Below are positions 25,015-32,896 of a stretch of DNA of 64,000 nucleotides, one piece after another. The notes beneath the pieces were generated by a model. The model was given only the letters and a program-made list of their open reading frames with translations, made no database searches and had not been told where the DNA came from. The translations under genes were made by a program, and so were the position numbers. Every line of letters starts with the position of its first letter. The stretch's first letter is position 1. Source of the stretch: a virus; the IMG/VR virus record IMGVR_UViG_3300005613_000004; one strand, 5' to 3'.

Positions 25015-25173
25015 ATGAACACTAACCTGGAAATGCTGACTGCTCGTGAACAACTGATGGAGGATATTGATTGTATCATCACTGAATACTTTCAGGGTAT
25101 CGATGATGCTGAACTGAATCAAGTTACAGAGATTCTCTGTGATGCCGTCTGCCGTAACTTTCCCACTAACTGA
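25015..25173 (+). CDS. Small hypothetical protein
   Basis: ATG at 25015; ILCDAVCRNFP. Confidence 0.65.
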   Translation: MNTNLEMLTAREQLMEDIDCIITEYFQGIDDAELNQVTEILCDAVCRNFPTN

Positions 25174-25178
25174 CAACA

Positions 25179-25379
25179 ATGCAATTCCAAGTTACTGAAA
25201 TCGAGTTTGATTTTGATGATGAATTTGGACCTTATCCTGAAGAGGAAAAACAGGGTGCAATCAATCAAACGATAACAACAATTTGGGAAGCAGATGATGA
25301 AGATGATCTAATCGAAGAGATCACATCTGCATCAGGTTGGTGCATCAAGTCCATCGATTACCGTCACATTCTTAACTGA
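25179..25379 (+). CDS. Acidic hypothetical protein
   Basis: WEADDEDDLIEEIT..SGWCIKSIDY. Confidence 0.75.
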   Translation: MQFQVTEIEFDFDDEFGPYPEEEKQGAINQTITTIWEADDEDDLIEEITSASGWCIKSIDYRHILN

Positions 25380-25384
25380 AACTC

Positions 25385-25558
25385 ATGAACCGTTCCGAAC
25401 TTCAAGATCAACTTATTCAACAAATCCTGGATGATATGGACATCAAAACAATGATGGCAATGTTGTATGATATGATGGATGAGAGTTATGATAAGTATTC
25501 TGAGAAAGAATTGATCGCAGAGGTAGAAGAATACTATCCACATATTCTGGAGGATTAA
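25385..25558 (+). CDS. Small acidic hypothetical protein (57 aa)
   Basis: MNRSELQDQLIQQILDDMD...YYPHILED. Confidence 0.65.
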   Translation: MNRSELQDQLIQQILDDMDIKTMMAMLYDMMDESYDKYSEKELIAEVEEYYPHILED

Positions 25559-25582
25559 TGTCACAAACTGAGTCGGGCGCCC

Positions 25583-25639
25583 GGACCAGTTGGATAAGTG
25601 TCACACAAAATGGGCACGACCCCCAAAATCGTGTATTGT
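25583..25639 (+). promoter_or_regulatory. Early-type element, copy 15
   Basis: GGACCAGTT..TAAGTGTCAC, 29 nt, TATTGT. Confidence 0.75.
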
Positions 25640-25665
25640 ATAGAAGTCGTCAGGAAAGAAACGCA

Positions 25666-25902
25666 ATGGCAACTCCAATCTTCACTCTCTCTCCCGAAAT
25701 GCAACAGTCTTGGGATTATGTCATGGGTCAAATGTTGTCCTTCGTTAATGACACAAATGCCGATGTAGATAGTGCCTATGATTTTGTATGTGAGCAACTG
25801 GATATTGATTCCTTTGTTGATAACGAAGCAGCATGGAATGACTTCTACACTTACTGGGAAGCAGCAGACAATCGTAACTGCACACAATACAACTTTGCCT
25901 GA
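25666..25902 (+). CDS. Hypothetical protein
   Basis: ATG at 25666. Confidence 0.7.
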   Translation: MATPIFTLSPEMQQSWDYVMGQMLSFVNDTNADVDSAYDFVCEQLDIDSFVDNEAAWNDFYTYWEAADNRNCTQYNFA

Positions 25903-26162
25903 TGATAAGTTACACTGACCCCTGCACAATCGCACTTCAAACTGACAATCAACTTATGGCAATTCACGAAACCAAGTTTATTATCTCCGGTCGTTTTGAA
26001 CGTCCTAACGGTCACATTATGCGTGATGAGTTAGGTTACATTGCTACCACTAAAGAGGAGGCAATTGCTACATGCCAACGCAACAATCCTAACTTTCACA
26101 TTCACACTGTGAGAGAGGATCATAGTGTACCTGAAGTCGTGAAATTGCAACCCCTTTGGTAA
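25902..26162 (+). CDS. Hypothetical protein
   Basis: 86-aa ORF; the start may be further downstream. Confidence 0.6.
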   Translation: MISYTDPCTIALQTDNQLMAIHETKFIISGRFERPNGHIMRDELGYIATTKEEAIATCQRNNPNFHIHTVREDHSVPEVVKLQPLW

Positions 26163-26195
26163 CACTAACTCATTCATTCCTTCATTAACATCATC

Positions 26196-26357
26196 ATGCG
26201 TTATTCTGTTCACTGTCCATCTGCACCCTACGAAAATTCTTCTTTTGTTGATATCGACGATGCATGGAGTTTGTGTTTAGATCTCTCTGAAGAATTTGGT
26301 TATGCCGAAGTTCGTCAGGGTGATCATCTTCTAGGAAGTTACACAAACGGTCAGTGA
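26196..26357 (+). CDS. Small hypothetical protein (53 aa)
   Basis: MRYSVHCPSAPYEN...LCLDLSEEFGYAEVR. Confidence 0.65.
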   Translation: MRYSVHCPSAPYENSSFVDIDDAWSLCLDLSEEFGYAEVRQGDHLLGSYTNGQ

Positions 26358-26386
26358 GTTTCTAACATCAACAATACTTACAAATC

Positions 26387-26518
26387 ATGCTCGAATTTCT
26401 TCTTTCTGTTGCAACTTTGGTCGGTCAGGTTGATATTAATGCAACACAAACTCAATATGAGTTTTTGAATAACGACAACGTGATTACGACCATTGTTGTT
26501 GATAACTACACTCCATGA
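26387..26518 (+). CDS. Small protein with hydrophobic N-terminus (43 aa)
   Basis: MLEFLLSVATLVGQVD... Confidence 0.5.
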   Translation: MLEFLLSVATLVGQVDINATQTQYEFLNNDNVITTIVVDNYTP

Positions 26519-26579
26519 GTTTCTAACACTAACCGTATCGGTTCTCAAGTATTTTTATTATTGAGAACCGCGGCCGTAG

Positions 26580-26637
26580 GTGGGCAGTCGGCAAAGTGGC
26601 ACAATTTTTTGGCACGACCCCCAAAATCGACTATCTT
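26580..26637 (+). promoter_or_regulatory. Early-type element, copy 16
   Basis: GTGGGCAGT..AAAGTGGCAC, 29 nt, TATCTT; spacer shares GGCACGACCCCCAAAATCG with copy 15. Confidence 0.7.
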
Positions 26638-26692
26638 AAGGAAGTGGAGGGGACAGCACCCCTCACGACCTCAGTCCTTTCTCTTCTCTCTC

Positions 26693-27040
26693 ATGCGTAA
26701 GATCGAATCCGAAATGATTGCTGCCGTTAAAGGTAACATCAACTGGAGCAAAGATAACACTTCCGTTATCATTGAAGATGGCGTTTCTAAGGTGTATCTT
26801 CATGGGAACAAAATTGCCGAGGTTGGTGATAACTTCCTCAAATTGTTCGATGGTGGATGGCAATCTAACACCACTAAGTCACGTTTGAATGCACTTCTCT
26901 CTGAGTTTGGTTACACTTGCGGAACAAAACGTGAGTATATTTTCCAGAAGCAATTTGAGTGGTTCATTCAAATGTTCGACCTGACAGAAGAGGCAATGCG
27001 GACTATTCCTTTCACCGACGGAATGCGTCTGGCAGGATGA
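26693..27040 (+). CDS. Hypothetical phage protein
   Basis: MRKIESEMIAAV...LFDGGWQSNTTKSRLNALL. Confidence 0.8.
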   Translation: MRKIESEMIAAVKGNINWSKDNTSVIIEDGVSKVYLHGNKIAEVGDNFLKLFDGGWQSNTTKSRLNALLSEFGYTCGTKREYIFQKQFEWFIQMFDLTEEAMRTIPFTDGMRLAG

Positions 27041-27092
27041 CAACTTTGGGGGTTAAATTCCCCCTCAATTGTCTTCACCTTTCTTCTTCATT

Positions 27093-28007
27093 ATGACTCA
27101 AAACCTTCACATCGAACACCCCGAAGATACCATTCTCACAGGTGATCTTTCTGTCTTAGATTCTTTCCTCTCTGAGGGTCATCTTTCGGTCAAGATTGAT
27201 GGTGCTCCTGCTATTGTTTGGGGGACGAATCCTGCTAATGGAAAGTTCTTCGTTGGCACCAAATCTGTCTTCAACAAAGTTAAAATCAAAATCAATCATT
27301 CTCATGAAGAAATTGATCAGAACCACGTCGGTGAAGTTGCAACAATTCTGCACGATTGTCTTGATTGGTTGCCTCATACAGATGGCATTTTCCAAGGGGA
27401 TTTTATCGGTTTCGGTGGATCTGATGAATATACTCCCAACACAATCACATACAAGTTTCCAACAGTAATCGACCAAAATATCATCGTTGCTCCTCACACT
27501 TACTACACTGCAGAGAGTGACTTAAGGGATGCAATTGCACACCCGATGAAGTTCACTATCACCGACACAGTTTACTGTAAGTTCGTGAAACCCGTGGCAC
27601 GTATTTTCACTGGTGATTATGATGCCTGTGCGGGTGACTTTGGTGATCTTTCTGAAGTCATTCAGTTTGCTAAGGTAATGGCACAAACTGTGACCTTCGT
27701 GGATGATAAACAAGCAAAGAAGATTAAGCAACAATTGAATAAGTGTATTCGTGAAAATGCACCGATTGATGATAATGCTTTTGACTGTGATTACACACTA
27801 ATTGCATTCTGGAAATTAGTGCAATCTATCAAAGATGATGCACTCTATCTCTGCCGTAATAATGGTCCTGAAGCATACATCGGTCAGGATCGAATTGACT
27901 CCGAAGGTTATGTCTACTCCAATGAGTTCGGTACATTTAAGTTGGTCAATCGTCAGTCCTTCAGTGTTGCTAACTTCAACAACACTAAGTTTAAAACAGT
28001 ATCATAA
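27093..28007 (+). CDS. Ligase-fold nucleotidyltransferase-like protein (DUF6267-like)
   Basis: SVKIDG (motif I), FQGDF (III), SEGYV (IV), FKLVNR (V). Confidence 0.6.
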   Translation: MTQNLHIEHPEDTILTGDLSVLDSFLSEGHLSVKIDGAPAIVWGTNPANGKFFVGTKSVFNKVKIKINHSHEEIDQNHVGEVATILHDCLDWLPHTDGIFQGDFIGFGGSDEYTPNTITYKFPTVIDQNIIVAPHTYYTAESDLRDAIAHPMKFTITDTVYCKFVKPVARIFTGDYDACAGDFGDLSEVIQFAKVMAQTVTFVDDKQAKKIKQQLNKCIRENAPIDDNAFDCDYTLIAFWKLVQSIKDDALYLCRNNGPEAYIGQDRIDSEGYVYSNEFGTFKLVNRQSFSVANFNNTKFKTVS

Positions 28008-28033
28008 GTCCATTCGTTCGTGAATCACCAGTT

Positions 28034-28060
28034 GGGGGGTATGTGCCCCCCTTATGTGTT
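28034..28060 (+). terminator. Terminator-like hairpin closing the early region
   Basis: GGGGGG-TATGTG-CCCCCC followed by TTATGTGTT. Confidence 0.55.
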
Positions 28061-28256
28061 GCCCGCCGTGCGTGATGCCCCCCCGTATATAAAAACCCCT
28101 AACTTCCCTAAGCTATAAACGACCCAATTAGACCTTTAAATATGAAATTCAAAGTTTTTTTTACAGTCCATAAAAAAAATCCGAGTATAAAAAAATCATC
28201 AAAAAGGTTCGATATTTAAAAATTCATATATAAAATCGAGAATAAAAAATATAGAG

Positions 28257-28427
28257 ATGGAAAAAAATCCGCAGGAAAATTTCACGACCATAGAGATCGA
28301 TCCAATAAGTGGGGAGCACTATATAAAAATTCCCGAGTGGATTTGTGATGAGAAGGGATGGTATGAGGGAGTAGAAGTAAACATCGAGGTTGAGAATGAT
28401 TGTATTATAATTCGTGATATTGACTGA
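28257..28427 (+). CDS. AbrB/MazE/SpoVT-like small DNA-binding protein (56 aa, not in ORF track)
   Basis: GEHYIKIPEWICDEKGWYEGVEVNIEVENDCIIIR fits the swapped-hairpin pattern. Confidence 0.6.
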   Translation: MEKNPQENFTTIEIDPISGEHYIKIPEWICDEKGWYEGVEVNIEVENDCIIIRDID

Positions 28428-28448
28428 TTATAGATAGAGTGTTATGAT
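28420..28448 (+). promoter_or_regulatory. sigma70-like promoter
   Basis: TTGACT-N17-TATGAT. Confidence 0.75.
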
Positions 28449-28470
28449 ACTGAAGTAACGACACTGAATT

Positions 28471-29232
28471 ATGGCAAAAGGATTTACTGTAAAAGCAAAG
28501 ACTCCACAAAAGTCTGATAATACTGAATCAGAATGGGATTACGATAGAGCAAAAGAAATGATAAAGGGTAAGGCTATTGTTTTTTGCCTACCTGGTAGAG
28601 GAGTATCTTATACTTATCTCAAAAGTTTTGTACAACTTTGTTTCGATTTGGTACAAGCAGGAGCAAGCATTCAAATTTCACAAGATTACTCCTCAATGGT
28701 CAATTTTGCACGTTGCAAGTGCCTTGGAGCAAATGTTCTCAGAGGACCGGATCAGATTCCCTGGGATGGAAAACTGAAGTATGATTATCAATTATGGATT
28801 GATAGTGATATTGTTTTCAATACTGAAAAATTCTATCAACTGGTTTTGATGGATCAAGACATTGCTGCTGGATGGTATTGTACTGAAGATGGAAAGACAA
28901 CATCCGTGGCACATTGGTTAGAAGAAGATGACTTTCGTAACAATGGTGGAGTCATGAATCATGAAACAATTGAGAGTATTTCAAAGCGTCGTAAGCCGTT
29001 CACTGTAGACTATACAGGATTTGGGTGGTTATTGATTAAGCACGGAGTCTTTGAGCACACTGAAATGAAGTATCCATGGTTTGCACCCAAGATGCAAGTC
29101 TTTGAGTCTGGAGAGGTTCAGGACATGTGTGGAGAGGATGTAAGTTTCTGTCTGGATGCAATCTCAGCAGGATTTGAGATTTGGTGTGATCCTCGTATTA
29201 GAGTTGGTCACGAGAAGACAAGAGTTATCTGA
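28471..29232 (+). CDS. GT-A fold glycosyltransferase-like protein
   Basis: LWIDSDIVF (DxD), VDYTGFGWLLIK, GEDVSFC, RVGH. Confidence 0.75.
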   Translation: MAKGFTVKAKTPQKSDNTESEWDYDRAKEMIKGKAIVFCLPGRGVSYTYLKSFVQLCFDLVQAGASIQISQDYSSMVNFARCKCLGANVLRGPDQIPWDGKLKYDYQLWIDSDIVFNTEKFYQLVLMDQDIAAGWYCTEDGKTTSVAHWLEEDDFRNNGGVMNHETIESISKRRKPFTVDYTGFGWLLIKHGVFEHTEMKYPWFAPKMQVFESGEVQDMCGEDVSFCLDAISAGFEIWCDPRIRVGHEKTRVI

Positions 29233-29396
29233 TGAAAGATCAGACAGAATATACAATTCTCTATCAGGGAAAAGTTTTGCATAAAAACTTGACGGAGGAA
29301 GAATATTTTGATATTATGGAGGACCTTTCGGTAGAGTATTATCAGAAAGGTTCTCCAAGACCTCAAGATCTTGAAACAAAAATCATTAAAGTATAA
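29232..29396 (+). CDS. Small hypothetical protein (54 aa)
   Basis: MKDQTEYTILYQG...LTEEEYFDIMEDLSVEYY. Confidence 0.7.
   Translation: MKDQTEYTILYQGKVLHKNLTEEEYFDIMEDLSVEYYQKGSPRPQDLETKIIKV
29289..29317 (+). promoter_or_regulatory. sigma70-like promoter inside an ORF
   Basis: TTGACG-N17-TATTAT. Confidence 0.6.
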
Positions 29397-29404
29397 GGAG
29401 TATT

Positions 29405-29554
29405 ATGGCAGTTCGTTCTAAGGTTGGTTTGATTCGTGATGGTTTTGTGTCTGGTAAGCCTAAGAAATCTCGTCAAGGATCTGGTAAGCATACAAAGTAT
29501 GCTGCTACTTCTCGTAATGGAAAGCGTAAGGCTTATAGGGGTCAAGGACGTTAA
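29405..29554 (+). CDS. Small very basic protein (49 aa)
   Basis: AAGGAG RBS; PKKSRQGSGKHTKYAATSRNGKRKAYRGQGR. Confidence 0.8.
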   Translation: MAVRSKVGLIRDGFVSGKPKKSRQGSGKHTKYAATSRNGKRKAYRGQGR

Positions 29555-29654
29555 AATAGCACGTTGGATACATAAAAATGGTAAGTCAAAACCTGACAAA
29601 CGATGTAAAGGTATTTTGACACCTAAAAAATCCGCAAAACGCAAGAAGAAAAAA

Positions 29655-30323
29655 ATGAGTTGTTTAATAGCAAATCTTCCTTCTCAAGAAGTATGGGTTC
29701 GTAAAGAATATCTTACAGATCATCAAAGTGGACATGGAGAATTTGTAAAGGGCGTCTGGGTATCGATCAAATCGATTCCTGGACGTGCTTTTTATTTTGA
29801 GACTTATTTGCCAGAGTATGCGGCAATGTATGATAAATTGCCTATCAGTGCCTTTTTATCTCGTCCAGAACTACCAGATCCTGATATGAACTTACCAAAC
29901 CTACAGTTTTGGAACTGTATGGACTACGGGGTCGTCTCGGTGGATAAGAAATTTATTGGATCAATGGATTTTGAATGTTATACAAGAGATCATAGTAATG
30001 TGAAAGGAACTTATATTTGCACAATTGATAATTATCATCATGATCCTGACTATGTTGATTGGGCTACAAGTGAAAATCCTGCAGAACACAAGTCACATAA
30101 TCTGATTGAACTTGAAAATGGTCAATATGCACTATATCCAAACAATAGATTGCGAATTTATGATAATAGTCTCACACCTGTAGAACCAAAAATGCCAGAT
30201 TTTAAGGTTTCAACTCAATATTATCAAGTTGAAAATGGAAATGATCGTCTTGGAATGGGTCGTGAGGATGAATATTTCTGGAAAACGGCAAAAGAACGTT
30301 ATCTTTTAGTTGAAGAAGACTGA
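29655..30323 (+). CDS. Hypothetical protein
   Basis: ATG at 29655 (MSCLIANLP); YDKLPISAF, YALYPNNR. Confidence 0.8.
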   Translation: MSCLIANLPSQEVWVRKEYLTDHQSGHGEFVKGVWVSIKSIPGRAFYFETYLPEYAAMYDKLPISAFLSRPELPDPDMNLPNLQFWNCMDYGVVSVDKKFIGSMDFECYTRDHSNVKGTYICTIDNYHHDPDYVDWATSENPAEHKSHNLIELENGQYALYPNNRLRIYDNSLTPVEPKMPDFKVSTQYYQVENGNDRLGMGREDEYFWKTAKERYLLVEED

Positions 30324-30385
30324 AATAAGAAAAACAGGGATAGTAACCCCTTAAAAAGTTCTGATTACAATAATCAGGAGTAAAA

Positions 30386-30565
30386 ATGGGAAATTCACAA
30401 GTCGATAGAAATAAAAAATTCATGAGAGAAGTATGGGGAACAACCAGTTTAACAACAGATTACTGGTCACTTCCACATAAAACTAATGATGACCCGGAAG
30501 AAAGGGTAATTCAAGAGATTATGCATGATGATTTAGAAGAAGGTCAGAAAAATCTTCAAGAATAA
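30386..30565 (+). CDS. Small hypothetical protein (59 aa)
   Basis: AGGAG RBS; MGNSQVDRNKKFM... Confidence 0.7.
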   Translation: MGNSQVDRNKKFMREVWGTTSLTTDYWSLPHKTNDDPEERVIQEIMHDDLEEGQKNLQE

Positions 30566-30567
30566 GG

Positions 30568-30575
30568 TATAAATA
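30568..30575 (+). promoter_or_regulatory. T4-type late promoter
   Basis: TATAAATA upstream of gp25. Confidence 0.8.
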
Positions 30576-30596
30576 AGTTAAGAAAACTCTTTTCCA

Positions 30597-30998
30597 ATGG
30601 CAGTTAGAAGGATATCAAGGGCATTTAAAGACATTAGTTTGTCTTTTGTGCCCCATCCTGTAACAAAAGATCTACAGATATTAAAAAACGAATCTGCAAT
30701 TCGTCGAGCAGTGCGAAATATTGTCGAAACAATTCCGACAGAAAGGTTTTTTAATCCTATACTAGGTTCTGATGTAAGAAGAAGTCTATTTGAATTTGTT
30801 GATTTCGGTACAGCATCAATTATTCAGGATCAAATTCAAATTGCCATCGAAAATTTTGAAGAAAGGGTTGAAAACTTAGTTGTTAATGTTGAACCACGAG
30901 TAGATGAAAACACATTCAATGCAACAGTTATTTTTGATATCGTAGGTCAAGAGTTTCCAACACAAGAGTACTCATTTCTATTAGAGGCGACAAGATAA
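30597..30998 (+). CDS. gp25: Baseplate wedge subunit gp25
   Basis: AIRRAVRNIVETIPTERFFNP..GS; gene order. Confidence 0.9.
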   Translation: MAVRRISRAFKDISLSFVPHPVTKDLQILKNESAIRRAVRNIVETIPTERFFNPILGSDVRRSLFEFVDFGTASIIQDQIQIAIENFEERVENLVVNVEPRVDENTFNATVIFDIVGQEFPTQEYSFLLEATR

Positions 30999-30999
30999 A

Positions 31000-32895
31000 A
31001 TGCCTTTTACACAATTTTCAAACTTAGATTTTGATCAAATAAAGACATCAATTAAAGATTATCTTCGTGCTAACTCTACATTCACGGATTTTGATTTTGA
31101 AGGATCTAACTTTTCTGTTTTAATTGATACACTCGCCTACAACACCTATATTACCGCATTTAACTCAAATATGATAGTTAATGAATCCTTTTTGGATTCT
31201 GCAACTCTTCGTGAAAATGTCGTTTCTCTTGCAGCAAATATAGGATATTTACCAAGGTCTAGAAATTCGGCAAAAGCAGTTATTTCATTTGAGGTTACGA
31301 CAGCAGAAGATACAAATACTTTAACTTTGAAAGCTGGTATTGTTTGTACTGGATCTACTGGTGATACTACATACACTTTTGCAATTCCGGAAGATATTAC
31401 CGCAAATGTTGTAAATGGTATCGCATCTTTCAATGATATTACCGTCTTTCAAGGGATATTTTTAACAAAAAAATTTAGATATGATGGATCTCTTGATCAA
31501 AGATTTATTTTAAATAATTCATTTATTGATTCTTCAACATTAAAGGTATACATATCAAACTCTATATCAAATCTAGGTATTGAATATTCACAAGTCAATA
31601 ACATTTTTAATATCGATTCAAAATCAAGAATTTATTTTTTAAGAGAAATACAAGATGAAAAATATGAATTAATTTTTGGTGATGATATAATTGGTAAAAA
31701 ACTTGGTGAAGATAATGATGGGACAATTATCACTGCCAATTATATTATTACAGATGGTAGAGATGGCAATGGAGCATCTACATTTAGTTTTTCAGGAACT
31801 TTAGAAAACTCATCAGGTTCAATTATTGATCCTGGAACAGTGCTTGTAACAACATCTCAAAATGCTCAGAATGGATCTGAAATTGAATCAATTAACTCAA
31901 TCAAGTATTATGCACCAAGAATATATTCATCACAATATAGAGCAGTTACGGCAAGAGATTATGAAGCAATCATAAAATCAATTTATCCAGAAACTGAATC
32001 AGTTTCTGTCGTTGGTGGTGAAGAATTAGATCCTCCAGAATTTGGAACAGTTCAAATCAGTATAAAACCTAAAAATGGTACTTTTGTATCGGACTTCAAT
32101 AAATCGATGATTCTCTCAAATTTAAAGCAATATTCTATTTCTGGAATAAATCAAAGGATTGTAGATCTTAAAGTTCTTTATGTTGAACTTAACAGTTCAG
32201 TATATTACAACTATTCACAAACATCAAGTCCAAATGATTTACGTAGTAGAGTAATTGATTCTTTAACTTCATATTCAAATTCATTAGATATCAATAAGTT
32301 TGGTGGTAGACTAAAATATAGTAAAATTCAACAGATAATTGATAATACAGATACTAGTATAACATCAAATATTACTAAAATTATTATTAGAAGAGATTTA
32401 AAACCTTCTTTAAATGTATTTGCACAGTATGAACTATGTTTTGGTAATCGTTTTCATATAAATTCGGAAGGATTTAATATTAAATCAACTGGATTTAAGA
32501 TTTCTGGAGAGCAAGATACTGTTTATTTAACTGACATTCCAAATTCTGATAAAAAAACCGGTTCAATTTCAATTGTAAAGCCAATTGGATCTGTTGATAA
32601 TAGAGTTGTAGTTAAGTCTGCTGGAACTGTCGATTATGAAAAGGGTGAAATTCTGCTTAATACAATAAATATTGTTTCCACATCTCTTAGTAATGGATTA
32701 ATTGAAATTCAAGCATTCCCAGAATCAAATGATGTTGTTGGGTTGAGAGATTTATATCTTAATTTAAGCATTTCTAAAAGCACAATAAATATAGTGAGAG
32801 ATGTAATTGCATCCGGAGACGAAATATCCGGAACTAGATTTATTAATGAGTTCTACACATCAAGTTATTCAAACGGAAATTTAATAAGACAGTAA
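31000..32895 (+). CDS. gp6: Baseplate wedge subunit gp6
   Basis: LDFDQIKTSIKDYL..DFDFEGS, QYRAVTARDY. Confidence 0.92.
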   Translation: MPFTQFSNLDFDQIKTSIKDYLRANSTFTDFDFEGSNFSVLIDTLAYNTYITAFNSNMIVNESFLDSATLRENVVSLAANIGYLPRSRNSAKAVISFEVTTAEDTNTLTLKAGIVCTGSTGDTTYTFAIPEDITANVVNGIASFNDITVFQGIFLTKKFRYDGSLDQRFILNNSFIDSSTLKVYISNSISNLGIEYSQVNNIFNIDSKSRIYFLREIQDEKYELIFGDDIIGKKLGEDNDGTIITANYIITDGRDGNGASTFSFSGTLENSSGSIIDPGTVLVTTSQNAQNGSEIESINSIKYYAPRIYSSQYRAVTARDYEAIIKSIYPETESVSVVGGEELDPPEFGTVQISIKPKNGTFVSDFNKSMILSNLKQYSISGINQRIVDLKVLYVELNSSVYYNYSQTSSPNDLRSRVIDSLTSYSNSLDINKFGGRLKYSKIQQIIDNTDTSITSNITKIIIRRDLKPSLNVFAQYELCFGNRFHINSEGFNIKSTGFKISGEQDTVYLTDIPNSDKKTGSISIVKPIGSVDNRVVVKSAGTVDYEKGEILLNTINIVSTSLSNGLIEIQAFPESNDVVGLRDLYLNLSISKSTINIVRDVIASGDEISGTRFINEFYTSSYSNGNLIRQ

Positions 32896-32896
32896 T

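Noticed and set aside
11094-26637. Dispersed palindromes as CRISPR repeats, integron attC sites or CRP/NtcA boxes
   Set aside because: Copies are degenerate and each precedes a -10 box; no integrase in the window; half-site spacing (N12-13 between GTGAC and GTCAC) does not fit CRP TGTGA-N6-TCACA or NtcA GTA-N8-TAC
28170-28280. Phased A-tract DNA bend
   Set aside because: Tract spacing is roughly 12-17 bp, not helical phase
29436-29654. Track start at 29436 for the 295-aa ORF
   Set aside because: Overlaps the well-supported basic peptide gene 29405..29554; ATG 29655 is preferred
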